Shown: positions 48,821-58,257, counted from the first letter of the stretch. The stretch is DNA of 64,000 bases from Hormoscilla sp. (GCA_051439505.1 JBFRWI010000086.1:1-64000); one strand, 5' to 3'. The notes: a model not told the origin generated them from the letters alone. Made by a program: numbers and translations.

Positions 48821-49741
48821 ATGAATACGATCTCTAAATTATCAATGGCTGCGATCGCGACGGCAGCAGTCGTTCTGGGAACAGGAAAAACTGCACGGGC
48901 AGCTTCTCTTTCTCAGGAAATAGACGTACTCTGGTACGGTCAGCGGGGAATCTACAATGCAAAAATGTCTGAAATAGCAGAGAAAGCGAGCAGCTTCGAT
49001 CCTGCGGACGATGGCAGTCTGGACTGGAATCTCACTATCTGGAATCCCAGCGACCCAGCTCCCAACTTTTCCGATTACGATGTCTTCGTGATTGGGAACG
49101 CTTTTCCTCAAGCACGATACTTTGGGTTTGACGCTTCCGGGATCTTGAACAACAAAGATGCCATCTCAGCAGCGCGGGGCAATCGCACTTTTCTGAGCGG
49201 TCAAGATGCAGACTTACACTACATACTTAACGTTGGTCCACGTCCCGATGGTCCGCTTGGCTTTTTGGTGAATGCCGTTAACTGGGCTGCAAGTGGCACG
49301 GGGATGGGTATTGTCTCCCTTCCTGATGTTTACGATCAGTGGTGGCTCGATGAGAATTCCTTCTTGAAGGATGAATTGGAGGGATATGTATCCTATATAT
49401 ATGACGAGAGGGTTATTATCCCAACAGCAACTTCTGACTTTCCTGTTAATGAAGGGTTGACGACAGCAGGTCTGAGTAATTGGAAGCTTTCTGCTCACGC
49501 TGGCTTTAACAAAGATATCCCAGGCTACATATCAATCAATGATGCAGGATCGGCATGGAATTCTGATAATGTTATAACGATCGTCACTGGAAGCGAGGCT
49601 GATGGCTGCACGAATAATTGCAAAGACAACGTGAAAGTTCCCGAACCATCTTCGGTGTTGGGTTTATTCGCCTTTGGTGCAGTCGGTGCGGGTTCCCTGC
49701 TGAAGCGCCAGCTGCAAAAGAAAGCTTCTCTTAGCGCCTGA
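48821..49741 (+). CDS. PEP-CTERM surface protein
   Basis: Signal peptide similar to 46984; VPEPSS-TM-KR tail. Confidence 0.85.
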   Translation: MNTISKLSMAAIATAAVVLGTGKTARAASLSQEIDVLWYGQRGIYNAKMSEIAEKASSFDPADDGSLDWNLTIWNPSDPAPNFSDYDVFVIGNAFPQARYFGFDASGILNNKDAISAARGNRTFLSGQDADLHYILNVGPRPDGPLGFLVNAVNWAASGTGMGIVSLPDVYDQWWLDENSFLKDELEGYVSYIYDERVIIPTATSDFPVNEGLTTAGLSNWKLSAHAGFNKDIPGYISINDAGSAWNSDNVITIVTGSEADGCTNNCKDNVKVPEPSSVLGLFAFGAVGAGSLLKRQLQKKASLSA

Positions 49742-50648
49742 CTTTTCCCCCGTCCTACGAACCGCTGCCCGATCGCCCTCTTGGAGGAAGTGCGATCGGG
49801 CAGAGGGATCCTCTTGACTCTCCCTCCCGAAAGGCGATCGCCTCAAGCATCCTTTACAGTCATGCTGAGGTGCGATCGCGTTCCGATTGAGAAACCGGGT
49901 TTCTTTGTCAAATCTCGTTCTCCTGCCAATATTTTCCTAGAAACCCGGTTTCTGGCCGCCAGGGTTAAGGGGGTGCTGTTCGGGGCGCGATCGCCGTTTC
50001 TGAGGCGGCAACGATGGCGGGCGATCGCCTCCATTTCTGAACCACAATTTGCCCAATTTGTCAAGCAAAATTATTCCCAAAAACCCTGCAAAGATAAGGA
50101 CGGCAATAATATTTTCTGTCTTGAATAGCGATCGCCCTTGAATTAATCTTTCCTCTTTCCTCCTTCCTCTTTGACAACGGGCGTGAGGGCTTTGGTGGGC
50201 GGTGCCCACCCTACGTTATTACTACCATATTATGCTATTAGTCGGTTTTAACCGACTTGAGCTATTAGCCGGGGGTTTTAACCCCCGGCGGGCTGACAGC
50301 GAAGTTTCTGGCCGCGAGGGTGAAGGGGGTGCTGTTCGGGGGGCGATCGCCGTTTCTGAGGCGGCAACGATGGGGCGGGCGATCTGCTCTATCTTTTAAT
50401 CACAAATTACCTAATTTATCAAGCAGGATGATTCTCAAAAATCCCGCTCATATGAGCATAGCAATCGTCTGTTGCGAATAGCGATCGCTCTTTGGGGCAT
50501 AATTTATCTTTAATCCTATCCGCTAGCGCGATCGCCATCAAACCGGTATCCCTGAAGGCGGCCCATCTGGGTAAGGAGGGGGTTATTTTGTCCCTTTTTG
50601 ACGATGGGCCACCATTGGAGAGCTGTTTGCCAGTAATCGGAGATGATA

Positions 50649-50993
50649 TCATCCATTCAACAGGGATTCAAACTCCGTCTTGAGGGAATGAACATCAGCT
50701 ACCCGGGCCACTAACAGGCTGCGATCGCCGGCATCCTGTAAGCGCCGCCTCCAATGCCGGATGCTATCGGAGTTTTTCATCCAATAGCCGATAACGCTGT
50801 CCACCACCCGATCGAAGTCCCAACCGCGAATCTGAGGCACTGTCTCCACCGATTCCAGAAAAGCATCCAAGGTACAATGGTAACTGGCCACATATTCCGC
50901 ACCAGCACGGGGTTGTTGTTCGATCTTCTCCTGCTGATGATTAAAAAAATGCAAAATTGGCGATACGCCGAGGATGTCAAATGTGTAATTCAT
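50649..50993 (-). CDS. Conserved cyanobacterial hypothetical protein
   Basis: MNYTFDILGVSPILHFFNHQQ...CTLDAFL...W..RL.DAG; GAGGA RBS. Confidence 0.75.
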   Translation of the reverse strand: MNYTFDILGVSPILHFFNHQQEKIEQQPRAGAEYVASYHCTLDAFLESVETVPQIRGWDFDRVVDSVIGYWMKNSDSIRHWRRRLQDAGDRSLLVARVADVHSLKTEFESLLNG

Positions 50994-51136
50994 GACAAAT
51001 TCCTCAATTTACTATATTTCCGATATTTCTGTGATATGATATTTTGATAAGCAGTGGAGTAACCGATTGTACTAAGCAGCCCCATTTTTGACATCGCTGG
51101 GGTTAAAATAAGTAAAATAGTAGAATAACCATACCT

Positions 51137-51224
51137 GGAGAGGTGGCAGAGCGGTTGAATGCGGCGCACTCGAAATGCGTTATAGGCTAAAACCCTATCG
51201 GGGGTTCGAATCCCCCCCTCTCCG
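51137..51224 (+). tRNA. tRNA-Ser(CGA)
   Basis: GGAGAGGTGGCAGAGCGGTTGAATGCGGCGCACTCGAAATGCGT...GGTTCGAATCCCCCCCTCTCCG with a long variable arm. Confidence 0.96.
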
Positions 51225-51231
51225 TACAGCA

Positions 51232-51858
51232 CTAAACCTTTTGGGCCTGGATAACCTGGAGACTACCACCGGCGTAGAGCTGCTGGCGCTGAAGCTGAAA
51301 ACCAATCTCCCCCAGCAGTTGGGGTAAGTCAGTACGCAGCAGTTCCCAGGCCGTCTCGGTTTCAAATAAAAGCATAAATAGGGATAAGCCGGGCCAAAAT
51401 AGCCAGTTATTGGGGGCGTGCAAATCTACCAGGGCAAAGATGCCTCCCGGTTTCAACACCCGGTACACCTCCTGGAGGATCTGCCGCAGCTGCATGGTTT
51501 CCATTTCGTGCAGGGCGACGCTGGTATGCACGATATCAAACTGATTGTCGCTGAAAGGCATGTTTTCCGCAAAGGCTTCCACATAGGATGCAGCGGGAAC
51601 ATTCTGCTGGGCCCGTTTGAGAGATAAGGGCGAGGCATCTAAACCGGTGACCTCCCGGGACTGCTGCACCAGAAATTTAGTTGCCTGACCGCTGCCACAG
51701 CAGAGATCCAGTATTCGGGTTTGCGAGGTGACGGTTAAATCTTGTAGCGGTAACTGACGAAATCTGCTTTCGCCCCCGACGGCCAGGGCCGAAAGTCGGG
51801 CGATCGCATCATAGAGCCATTGATAGCGATAACTTAAATCTCTGAGAATGGTAGCCAT
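51232..51858 (-). CDS. Class I SAM-dependent methyltransferase (UbiE-like)
   Basis: ILDLCCGSG, GLDAS, FDIV..S.ALHE, RVLKPGG. Confidence 0.88.
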   Translation of the reverse strand: MATILRDLSYRYQWLYDAIARLSALAVGGESRFRQLPLQDLTVTSQTRILDLCCGSGQATKFLVQQSREVTGLDASPLSLKRAQQNVPAASYVEAFAENMPFSDNQFDIVHTSVALHEMETMQLRQILQEVYRVLKPGGIFALVDLHAPNNWLFWPGLSLFMLLFETETAWELLRTDLPQLLGEIGFQLQRQQLYAGGSLQVIQAQKV

Positions 51859-52092
51859 ATAAGTAGTTCGTAGTTCGTAGTTCGTAGTTCGTAGTTGGGA
51901 AAAGAGAGCTTCAAATGCTTACCCAGTAAGGGCTATAGCCTTTTTAACAATAGGAGAAAAATATTCAAATAATTATGTCCTGCTACTTAAGCGTGAGTGC
52001 TGTCGGTTTTATTGATAGAGTATACTTATTAACTCAGGTAAGGGCAGTTTCTCGGTTTGGGTGCATCGAAAGCGATCGGCACAGATTCAAGC

Positions 52093-52750
52093 CTAAAACT
52101 CATCATCTTCATCGGATGCCTCAATCTCCATAGCTACAAGTTCTCGCCATAATGATACCACAGATTCATCTACCTCTGCTGCCACTAACCCATCTAACAC
52201 CGCTCCTGACTCCACCTTTAACTCCGGAAATGTCAATAATAACATCGCCAAATCCCGCCAATCTGTACCCGCCTTGGGCTTGCCACGGCGCTGATGGTAT
52301 AAAATTACCTTACTTACTACCAACTCTGCTGGAGCCATCACCAAAACCGCGTAGCGTTGCGAGGTACGAAGCAATCTCGATACAGCGAGAATCTGGTAGC
52401 ATCTCTACCTGTCGAATATCCATCAAATGGCGATTTCCCTTTTTCCGATCCTGATATAACCGATAACCCTGTCCTCCCTCTACCATTCTCACCCGCACGG
52501 CAATGTAAAACCTTTCGCTCAAATAACTCCGCAATTCTTCTGCCAAAGAAGCTGCTTGTAGCGACAACACGTCAATATCCTGTGTCATACGCGGCTCCCC
52601 GACATAGGCATTTACCGCCTGGGCTCCAAATAAAACAACATCTTGGCGATCGCGCAAAAACTCAAACACTGCACGATGCAACGTCGCCAATGGCAAAGAT
52701 TCGCGATTCATAAACTCTTGAAAACTTAAGGTATCTGCAATTAAAACCAT
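52093..52750 (-). pseudogene. Nucleotidyltransferase-family gene split by a frameshift
   Basis: FGAQAVNAY...RMTQDIDV motif; the C-terminal half (VLVMAPAEL..SK...DWRDL) is in another frame; the junction at ~52348-52378 carries a repeat-like fragment. Confidence 0.75.
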
Positions 52751-52800
52751 AACGCCTGATGCGGTGTTCTCTGTTCTGTGTTCTCTGTTTTCTCTAATAG

Positions 52801-52905
52801 CTAGCTGCAACCATAGCGCCGCTGTCTGCAACCATAGCGCCGCTAGCTGCAACCGTTGCGCGGCTGTCTGCAACCGTTGCGCGGCTGGCTGCAACCATTG
52901 CGCCG
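52801..52905. repeat. Tandem repeat, 21-bp unit x5
   Basis: Unit CT(A/G)(G/T)CTGCAACC(A/G)T(A/T)GCGC(C/G)G. Confidence 0.93.
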
Positions 52906-52962
52906 CAGTAATGCTTGCCCTTGCCTTCACCAGATGCCAGTATAATGCTACTGGGTCGGCAA

Positions 52963-53010
52963 TGCTCTCCTCTCCGCGTGCTCGCTGAGGCGCACGCGGA
53001 GAGGAGAGCA
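52963..53010. other. Perfect 19-bp inverted repeat in the leader of the vWA-PP2C-kinase operon
   Basis: TGCTCTCCTCTCCGCGTGC-N10-GCACGCGGAGAGGAGAGCA; TATAAT at 52941-52946. Confidence 0.85.
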
Positions 53011-53111
53011 GCCCCGGGTGCAAATGTAACGGGACACAGCCACAGAAATTACCGCTCACTTGCTACAAATTAGAAGAACATGAAACAGAACAACCGATTA
53101 ACGACCTAGCC

Positions 53112-53786
53112 ATGCTGGATAGCTTAAGACTAGACGAAGCAGTAGAATTTGCCGAAAACCCAGAACCTCGTTGTCCCTGCGTTCTCCTCCTGGATACCTC
53201 TGGCTCCATGCAGGGACCGGCTCTTGATGCCTTAAATCAAGGACTGCAAACTTTTAGAGCTGACTTGATTAAAGATTCCCTCGCGGCCCGCCGGGTGGAA
53301 GTGGCGATCGTCACCTTTAATAACGAGATTAGAATTGAGCAAGATTTTGTTACTGCTGACCAGTTTGAACCCCCAATTCTGACAGCCCAAGGCCAGACTT
53401 TCATGGGCAGCGCCATTCACAAAGCCCTGGACATGATCCAAGCCCGCAAAGCCGAATATCGGGCCAATGGCATTGCTTACTATCGCCCCTGGATATTTAT
53501 GATTACCGATGGATCGCCCCAGGGAGAAGGGGAAGATGTGGTCGGTAAGGCCGCCCAGCGCATTAGAGATGAAGAAGTTCAGAAACACGTGGCCTTCTTT
53601 GCCGTGGGGGTGGAAAATGCGGACATGGAACGTCTGGCCGAAATCGTGACCCGCACGCCAGTGAAGCTCAAAGGACTAAATTTTGTGGAGATGTTCCTCT
53701 GGCTTTCCGCTAGTATGTCAGCAGTGTCTCATTCTAAGCTAGACGATCAGGTGGCCTTGCCGCCGCCCGGTTGGGGAACTGTTTGA
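53112..53786 (+). CDS. vWA domain protein (TerY/YegL-like)
   Basis: RCPCVLLLDTSGSM MIDAS motif; YYRPWIFMITDG. Confidence 0.92.
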   Translation: MLDSLRLDEAVEFAENPEPRCPCVLLLDTSGSMQGPALDALNQGLQTFRADLIKDSLAARRVEVAIVTFNNEIRIEQDFVTADQFEPPILTAQGQTFMGSAIHKALDMIQARKAEYRANGIAYYRPWIFMITDGSPQGEGEDVVGKAAQRIRDEEVQKHVAFFAVGVENADMERLAEIVTRTPVKLKGLNFVEMFLWLSASMSAVSHSKLDDQVALPPPGWGTV

Positions 53787-54595
53787 TGAGTAAAAGTGAA
53801 GCGAAAAATTTACAGGCCATAGATTACTGGCGGGTGGTGCCAGCATCAGTGCAGGGCACGGGCCATGAAAAGCGGGGACAGCCTTGTCAAGATGCCTATG
53901 ATTGGGCTAGATTGCCAAAAGGAATCCTGGTGGCAGCGGTGGCTGATGGTGCGGGTTCGGCGGCACTCTCAGAGGTGGGATCTGCGATAGCGACTCAAAC
54001 TGCTGTAGCTACCCTGGGTAACAATACTGCAACCTTACAATTGCAAAAGGACGATCGGGCTTGGCAGTCGCTCTTGAGTGAGGCCGCTTCTGCCGCCCAA
54101 CAGGCGATCGCGGCAGAAGCGGCAGCGCGGGATGTAGAACTGCGGGACTTAGCGACCACTTTAATTATCGTAGTAGCCACGCCAGAATTGGTTGCTGCGG
54201 CCCAGGTGGGTGACGGGGCGGCGGTGGTGCGGGATAATGAAGGCAATCTGAGTGCGCTCACTACCCCAGAAACTGGTGAATATGCCAATGAAACTGTATT
54301 CTTGCTCTCACCCGAAGTGGTAGAAGCGGCCCAAGTTAAAATATGGCGGGGGGAAGTATCTCATCTAGCGATCTTCTCCGATGGACTACAGCGACTGGCC
54401 TTGAAACTTCCCGAAGGAACGCCCCACCCACCATTTTTCTCGCCTCTGTTCCGGTTTGTAGCAGAGGCAACAGATGAAGAGTCAGCAAAGGAGCAATTGA
54501 TGGAATTCTTGCGTCACCCCCGGATTACAGAACGCACGGATGATGATTTAACAATCTTGTTAGCAACTCTCAATCCACTGATGGCTGATAGCTAA
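53786..54595 (+). CDS. PP2C-like phosphatase (YegK/PphC-like)
   Basis: SVQG..H....PCQD, VADGAGSA, QVGDG, GEYANET, FSDG, DDDLT; TGATG overlap with the vWA gene. Confidence 0.92.
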   Translation: MSKSEAKNLQAIDYWRVVPASVQGTGHEKRGQPCQDAYDWARLPKGILVAAVADGAGSAALSEVGSAIATQTAVATLGNNTATLQLQKDDRAWQSLLSEAASAAQQAIAAEAAARDVELRDLATTLIIVVATPELVAAAQVGDGAAVVRDNEGNLSALTTPETGEYANETVFLLSPEVVEAAQVKIWRGEVSHLAIFSDGLQRLALKLPEGTPHPPFFSPLFRFVAEATDEESAKEQLMEFLRHPRITERTDDDLTILLATLNPLMADS

Positions 54596-54694
54596 AGGAA
54601 GAAGAGATAACTGTAGGGTGGGCACCGCCCACCACAAAGGAATGGGTGTAAGTACAATAACAATTAACAATTAACAATTAGAAAAAAGAAAGCG

Positions 54695-56983
54695 ATGGGG
54701 CTACAACGGCAATCTAATCGACAATTAATTACTCTAGATAAGGGGTCAGAACTGGGGGCAGGCGGTGAAGCGCGGGTATTCGCTGTCCCGGGAGAACCCA
54801 GTTTAGTAGCAAAGGTTTATCGCCAGCCAAAACCGATGCATGGCCACAAATTGGCGGCGATGCTGGCAAACCCACCGGATAATCCGACGGCATCACTCGG
54901 ACATATGTCTTTCGCTTGGCCTGTTGACTTGCTGTTAACTACAGGGACAAATAAAGTGGCGGGTTTTCTGATGCCGCGAGTGAGGAATATGCGCCCGTTG
55001 ATTGAGTTTTATAACCCGAAAAGTCGCCGCGAGAACTGTCCGTTGTTCAATTATCTTTATCTCCATCGCACGGCCCGCAATTTGGCAGGGGCTGTTAGCG
55101 CCCTACATGCTAGAGGCTATTGTATAGGTGATGTGAATGAGTCGAATATTCTCCTGACAGAGACGGCCCTCTGCACTTTCGTGGATATGGATTCTTTGCA
55201 GGTACCCGATCGCCAGACGGGGGCAATTTACCGCTGTCCGGTAGGGAAGCCAGAATTTACACCACCAGAGTTGCAGGGTAAGTCTTTTGCTGATTTCGAC
55301 AGAAGGCCAGAACAGGATCTGTTTGGGTTGGCGGTGCTGATTTTTCAGCTGTTAATGGAAGGTACTCATCCTTTTGCTGGTGTTTACAGACTGCCGGGAG
55401 AACCGCCCCCGATCGAGAAGCGCATTGCCGCTAATCACTTTCCTTATGGCAGTCGGAAGGTGCCCTTCAATCCGATGCCAGCAGCACCGCCGATAGAGTT
55501 ACTGCATCCGACATTGCGACAACTATTTATGCGCTGCTTTGAAGACGGACATTCTCTCCCTAGCGTTCGCCCCAATGCTAAGACTTGGCAGGTAGCACTC
55601 AAGGAAGCGGAAGATAGTTTGGTAACCTGCGCTAAAAATGAGCAGCATCGCTATGGCAATCATCTACGCAGCTGCCCTTGGTGCGAAAGGACTCGAATTT
55701 TGAAAGGACGAGACCCTTTTCCTTCAGTGGCGGCGGTGCAAAGCGGGCAGCATCTGCAACCGCTAAAACCGAAAAAAATCCCGATCGTGCCAGCGCCATT
55801 ACAGCATTTACCTGCCTATCCCCGGTTGCAGACGCCTGTTGCCTATGGACAGAGTTCCTATAAACTACCGCAACCAGCACCAATATATACTCCCACCCAA
55901 CTGAGTAGACCCAGAAGGATGGAGGTAAACTTGCCATCGGTTAACCCTTTGGTTGCAGGTTTGTTTATCCTCGCATTGGCAGGTGCAGGAGTTTGGTATG
56001 GCAGAAATGGCGGTCCTCCCGTGCATTTAATAGAACCTTTGCTAAAATCGATGCCAGCAGCAAAGGACTCTCCCAGTCCATCTAGTAATTTCAAGATTAA
56101 GGTGCTCTACGGGATTCAGTACCAAGCGGCAGCAGTTCAGGCGATCGCCTTCAGCAGAGATGGTAAGATTTTAGTTAGCGATAAAGACGATGGTGCTATC
56201 TTAATGTGGGGGCTGGAGGGGATGCCAGAAATTAAGCTAATTAATACTTTACAGGGAAAATCTGCGGTCAGCGCGATCGCCATTAGCAGAGATGGTCAGA
56301 TATTAGCGAGTGCTAGTCGCAATGATGACAAAATTAACCTGTGGAAGATGGATACGGGAAAATTCCTAGGCGCGATCGCAGCTAACGAAGGTATAGTGTC
56401 TCTAGCGATCGCTCCCGAACGCCAAATTATCGTAACGGGTAGCCGAGACACAACTTTTAAACTCTGGAATCTTGCTAATGGCACTCGCAAGCTAACTTTT
56501 AAGTGGAATTCTGGGTGGGTAAATGCTGTGGGTATTAGTCCAGATTTACAAACTTTGGTCGCTGGCACGGAATCGGGTACTATTCATCTAGTTGACCTGA
56601 ATACCCTGAAGGAAAAACCATCTCTCAAAAATGGTTCTATGTCAGTTGAATCTGTTGCTTTTACTCCCGATGGCAAAACCCTGGTTAGCAGTCACGGTCG
56701 CGAGATTAATCTCTGGAATATGGCGACGGGACAACGTAAAAGCACTATGACTGGACATATTGGGGAAATTAAGGCGATCGCCATCAGTCCCGATGGTAAG
56801 ATTCTCGCCAGTGGCAGTGCGGATAAGAGTATCAAAATTTGGGAACTGCATACTGGCCAGCTGCTGGAGACTCTCAATAATCATGAAAGGGAAGTAAGGG
56901 CGATCGCATTCAGTCCCGATGGAAAAATACTTGCTAGTAGCAGCGCAGATGGCATGATTAGGCTTTGGCAAATATCAAAATGA
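54695..56983 (+). CDS. YegI-like protein kinase with TM helix and WD40 propeller
   Basis: GAGGEA, AKVY, IGDVNESNIL, VDMDS, PPELQ; C..N..H......CPWC Zn motif; TM LVAGLFILALAGAGVWY; ~7 WD40 repeats. Confidence 0.9.
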   Translation: MGLQRQSNRQLITLDKGSELGAGGEARVFAVPGEPSLVAKVYRQPKPMHGHKLAAMLANPPDNPTASLGHMSFAWPVDLLLTTGTNKVAGFLMPRVRNMRPLIEFYNPKSRRENCPLFNYLYLHRTARNLAGAVSALHARGYCIGDVNESNILLTETALCTFVDMDSLQVPDRQTGAIYRCPVGKPEFTPPELQGKSFADFDRRPEQDLFGLAVLIFQLLMEGTHPFAGVYRLPGEPPPIEKRIAANHFPYGSRKVPFNPMPAAPPIELLHPTLRQLFMRCFEDGHSLPSVRPNAKTWQVALKEAEDSLVTCAKNEQHRYGNHLRSCPWCERTRILKGRDPFPSVAAVQSGQHLQPLKPKKIPIVPAPLQHLPAYPRLQTPVAYGQSSYKLPQPAPIYTPTQLSRPRRMEVNLPSVNPLVAGLFILALAGAGVWYGRNGGPPVHLIEPLLKSMPAAKDSPSPSSNFKIKVLYGIQYQAAAVQAIAFSRDGKILVSDKDDGAILMWGLEGMPEIKLINTLQGKSAVSAIAISRDGQILASASRNDDKINLWKMDTGKFLGAIAANEGIVSLAIAPERQIIVTGSRDTTFKLWNLANGTRKLTFKWNSGWVNAVGISPDLQTLVAGTESGTIHLVDLNTLKEKPSLKNGSMSVESVAFTPDGKTLVSSHGREINLWNMATGQRKSTMTGHIGEIKAIAISPDGKILASGSADKSIKIWELHTGQLLETLNNHEREVRAIAFSPDGKILASSSADGMIRLWQISK

Positions 56984-58248
56984 ATTATTATCTTGGCATA
57001 GATTTTGGAACTTCTGGTGCGCGGGCAGTAATAATTGATGTTGCTGGTATTGTTCAAGCTGAAGCACAATCTTCTTTCGGGGAAGAAACGCTTACAAAAT
57101 CAGATCGCCTAGCTACTGACTGGCAGCATACTTTATTTTCCCTGATTGAACAAATTTCCCCTAATGTCAGAAACTCGGTGAAGGCGATCGCCCTGAATGG
57201 GACTTCTTCTACAGTATTGTTATGCGATGCTGAGGGATTACCCGTTGAAGACCCCATTCTCTACAATGATGCCCGGGGTGTGGTAATGATGGAAAAACTG
57301 AAGGCGATCGCCCCTCCACATCATACCGTAATCAGCGCCACTTCCACTCTCGCTAAACTCCTGTGGTTAATAGAAAATGTCCCATACCAAACTCAACATT
57401 ATTATTTCTTGCATCAAGCTGATTGGTTAGCATTCCATCTGCACGGCAAGCTGGGTGTTAGTGACTATCATAATGCCTTAAAACTGGGTTACGATGTGGA
57501 AAATTTATCTTACCCGGCCTGGTTAGAAAATCTGCAATTACCCTTTCATTTGCCTCAAGTGCTGGCCCCCGGATGCCCGATCGGGCCAATAACACCCCTC
57601 ATTGCCGAAGGGCTGAGTTTACCCCGTGATTGTATCGTCTGTGCGGGTACTACAGATAGTATTGCGGCCTTTCTCGCTAGCGGTGCCAGCAGTCCTGGGG
57701 AAGCGGTAACTTCTCTGGGTTCTACTTTAGTGCTAAAGTTGTTAAGCACCACTCCCGTAAATGATGCCCGATCGGGGATTTACAGTCATAGGTTAGGTAA
57801 TTTGTGGCTAGTGGGCGGTGCTTCTAATACAGGAGGGGCCGTGTTGCGGCAATTCTTTACCGATGGAGAGTTAGAATATCTCAGTAGCCAGATAGATCCG
57901 GTACAAGCAAGTCCTCTCGATTATTATCCTTTACCACAAACGGGCGATCGCTTCCCCATCAACGACCCAAATTTACCCCCCCGACTGGAACCACGTCCTG
58001 ACAACCCAGTAGAATTTTTGCATGGGTTGCTCGAAAGCATGGCCAGAATTGAAGCCCGGGGTTATCAACTACTGCAACAATTCGGTGCCACTCCCCTAAG
58101 TCGCGTTTATACTGCTGGTGGTGGCGCGAAGAATTCCACCTGGACTGCTATTCGCCAGCGTCATCTGCAAGTACCGATGGTGACACCCATCAACACCGCT
58201 GCTGCCTACGGCACGGCCTTATTGGCCTTGCGGGCCGTAAAGCAGTAG
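56980..58248 (+). CDS. FGGY-family carbohydrate kinase
   Basis: LGIDFGTSGAR, GTTDSIAA, SLGSTL, GGASNTGG, AGGGA; ATGA overlap with the kinase stop. Confidence 0.92.
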   Translation: MNYYLGIDFGTSGARAVIIDVAGIVQAEAQSSFGEETLTKSDRLATDWQHTLFSLIEQISPNVRNSVKAIALNGTSSTVLLCDAEGLPVEDPILYNDARGVVMMEKLKAIAPPHHTVISATSTLAKLLWLIENVPYQTQHYYFLHQADWLAFHLHGKLGVSDYHNALKLGYDVENLSYPAWLENLQLPFHLPQVLAPGCPIGPITPLIAEGLSLPRDCIVCAGTTDSIAAFLASGASSPGEAVTSLGSTLVLKLLSTTPVNDARSGIYSHRLGNLWLVGGASNTGGAVLRQFFTDGELEYLSSQIDPVQASPLDYYPLPQTGDRFPINDPNLPPRLEPRPDNPVEFLHGLLESMARIEARGYQLLQQFGATPLSRVYTAGGGAKNSTWTAIRQRHLQVPMVTPINTAAAYGTALLALRAVKQ

Positions 58249-58257
58249 GCTGAGTAA

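Noticed and set aside
51137..51224. tRNA-Ser (or tRNA-Gly at 4319) as an island integration site
   Set aside because: No integrase, and I saw no duplicated tRNA 3' end in the window
52751..53059. N-terminal extension of ORF 52310..53059 and ORF 52764..52988
   Set aside because: They run through the 21-bp repeat and hairpin; the recognisable NTase begins at ATG 52750
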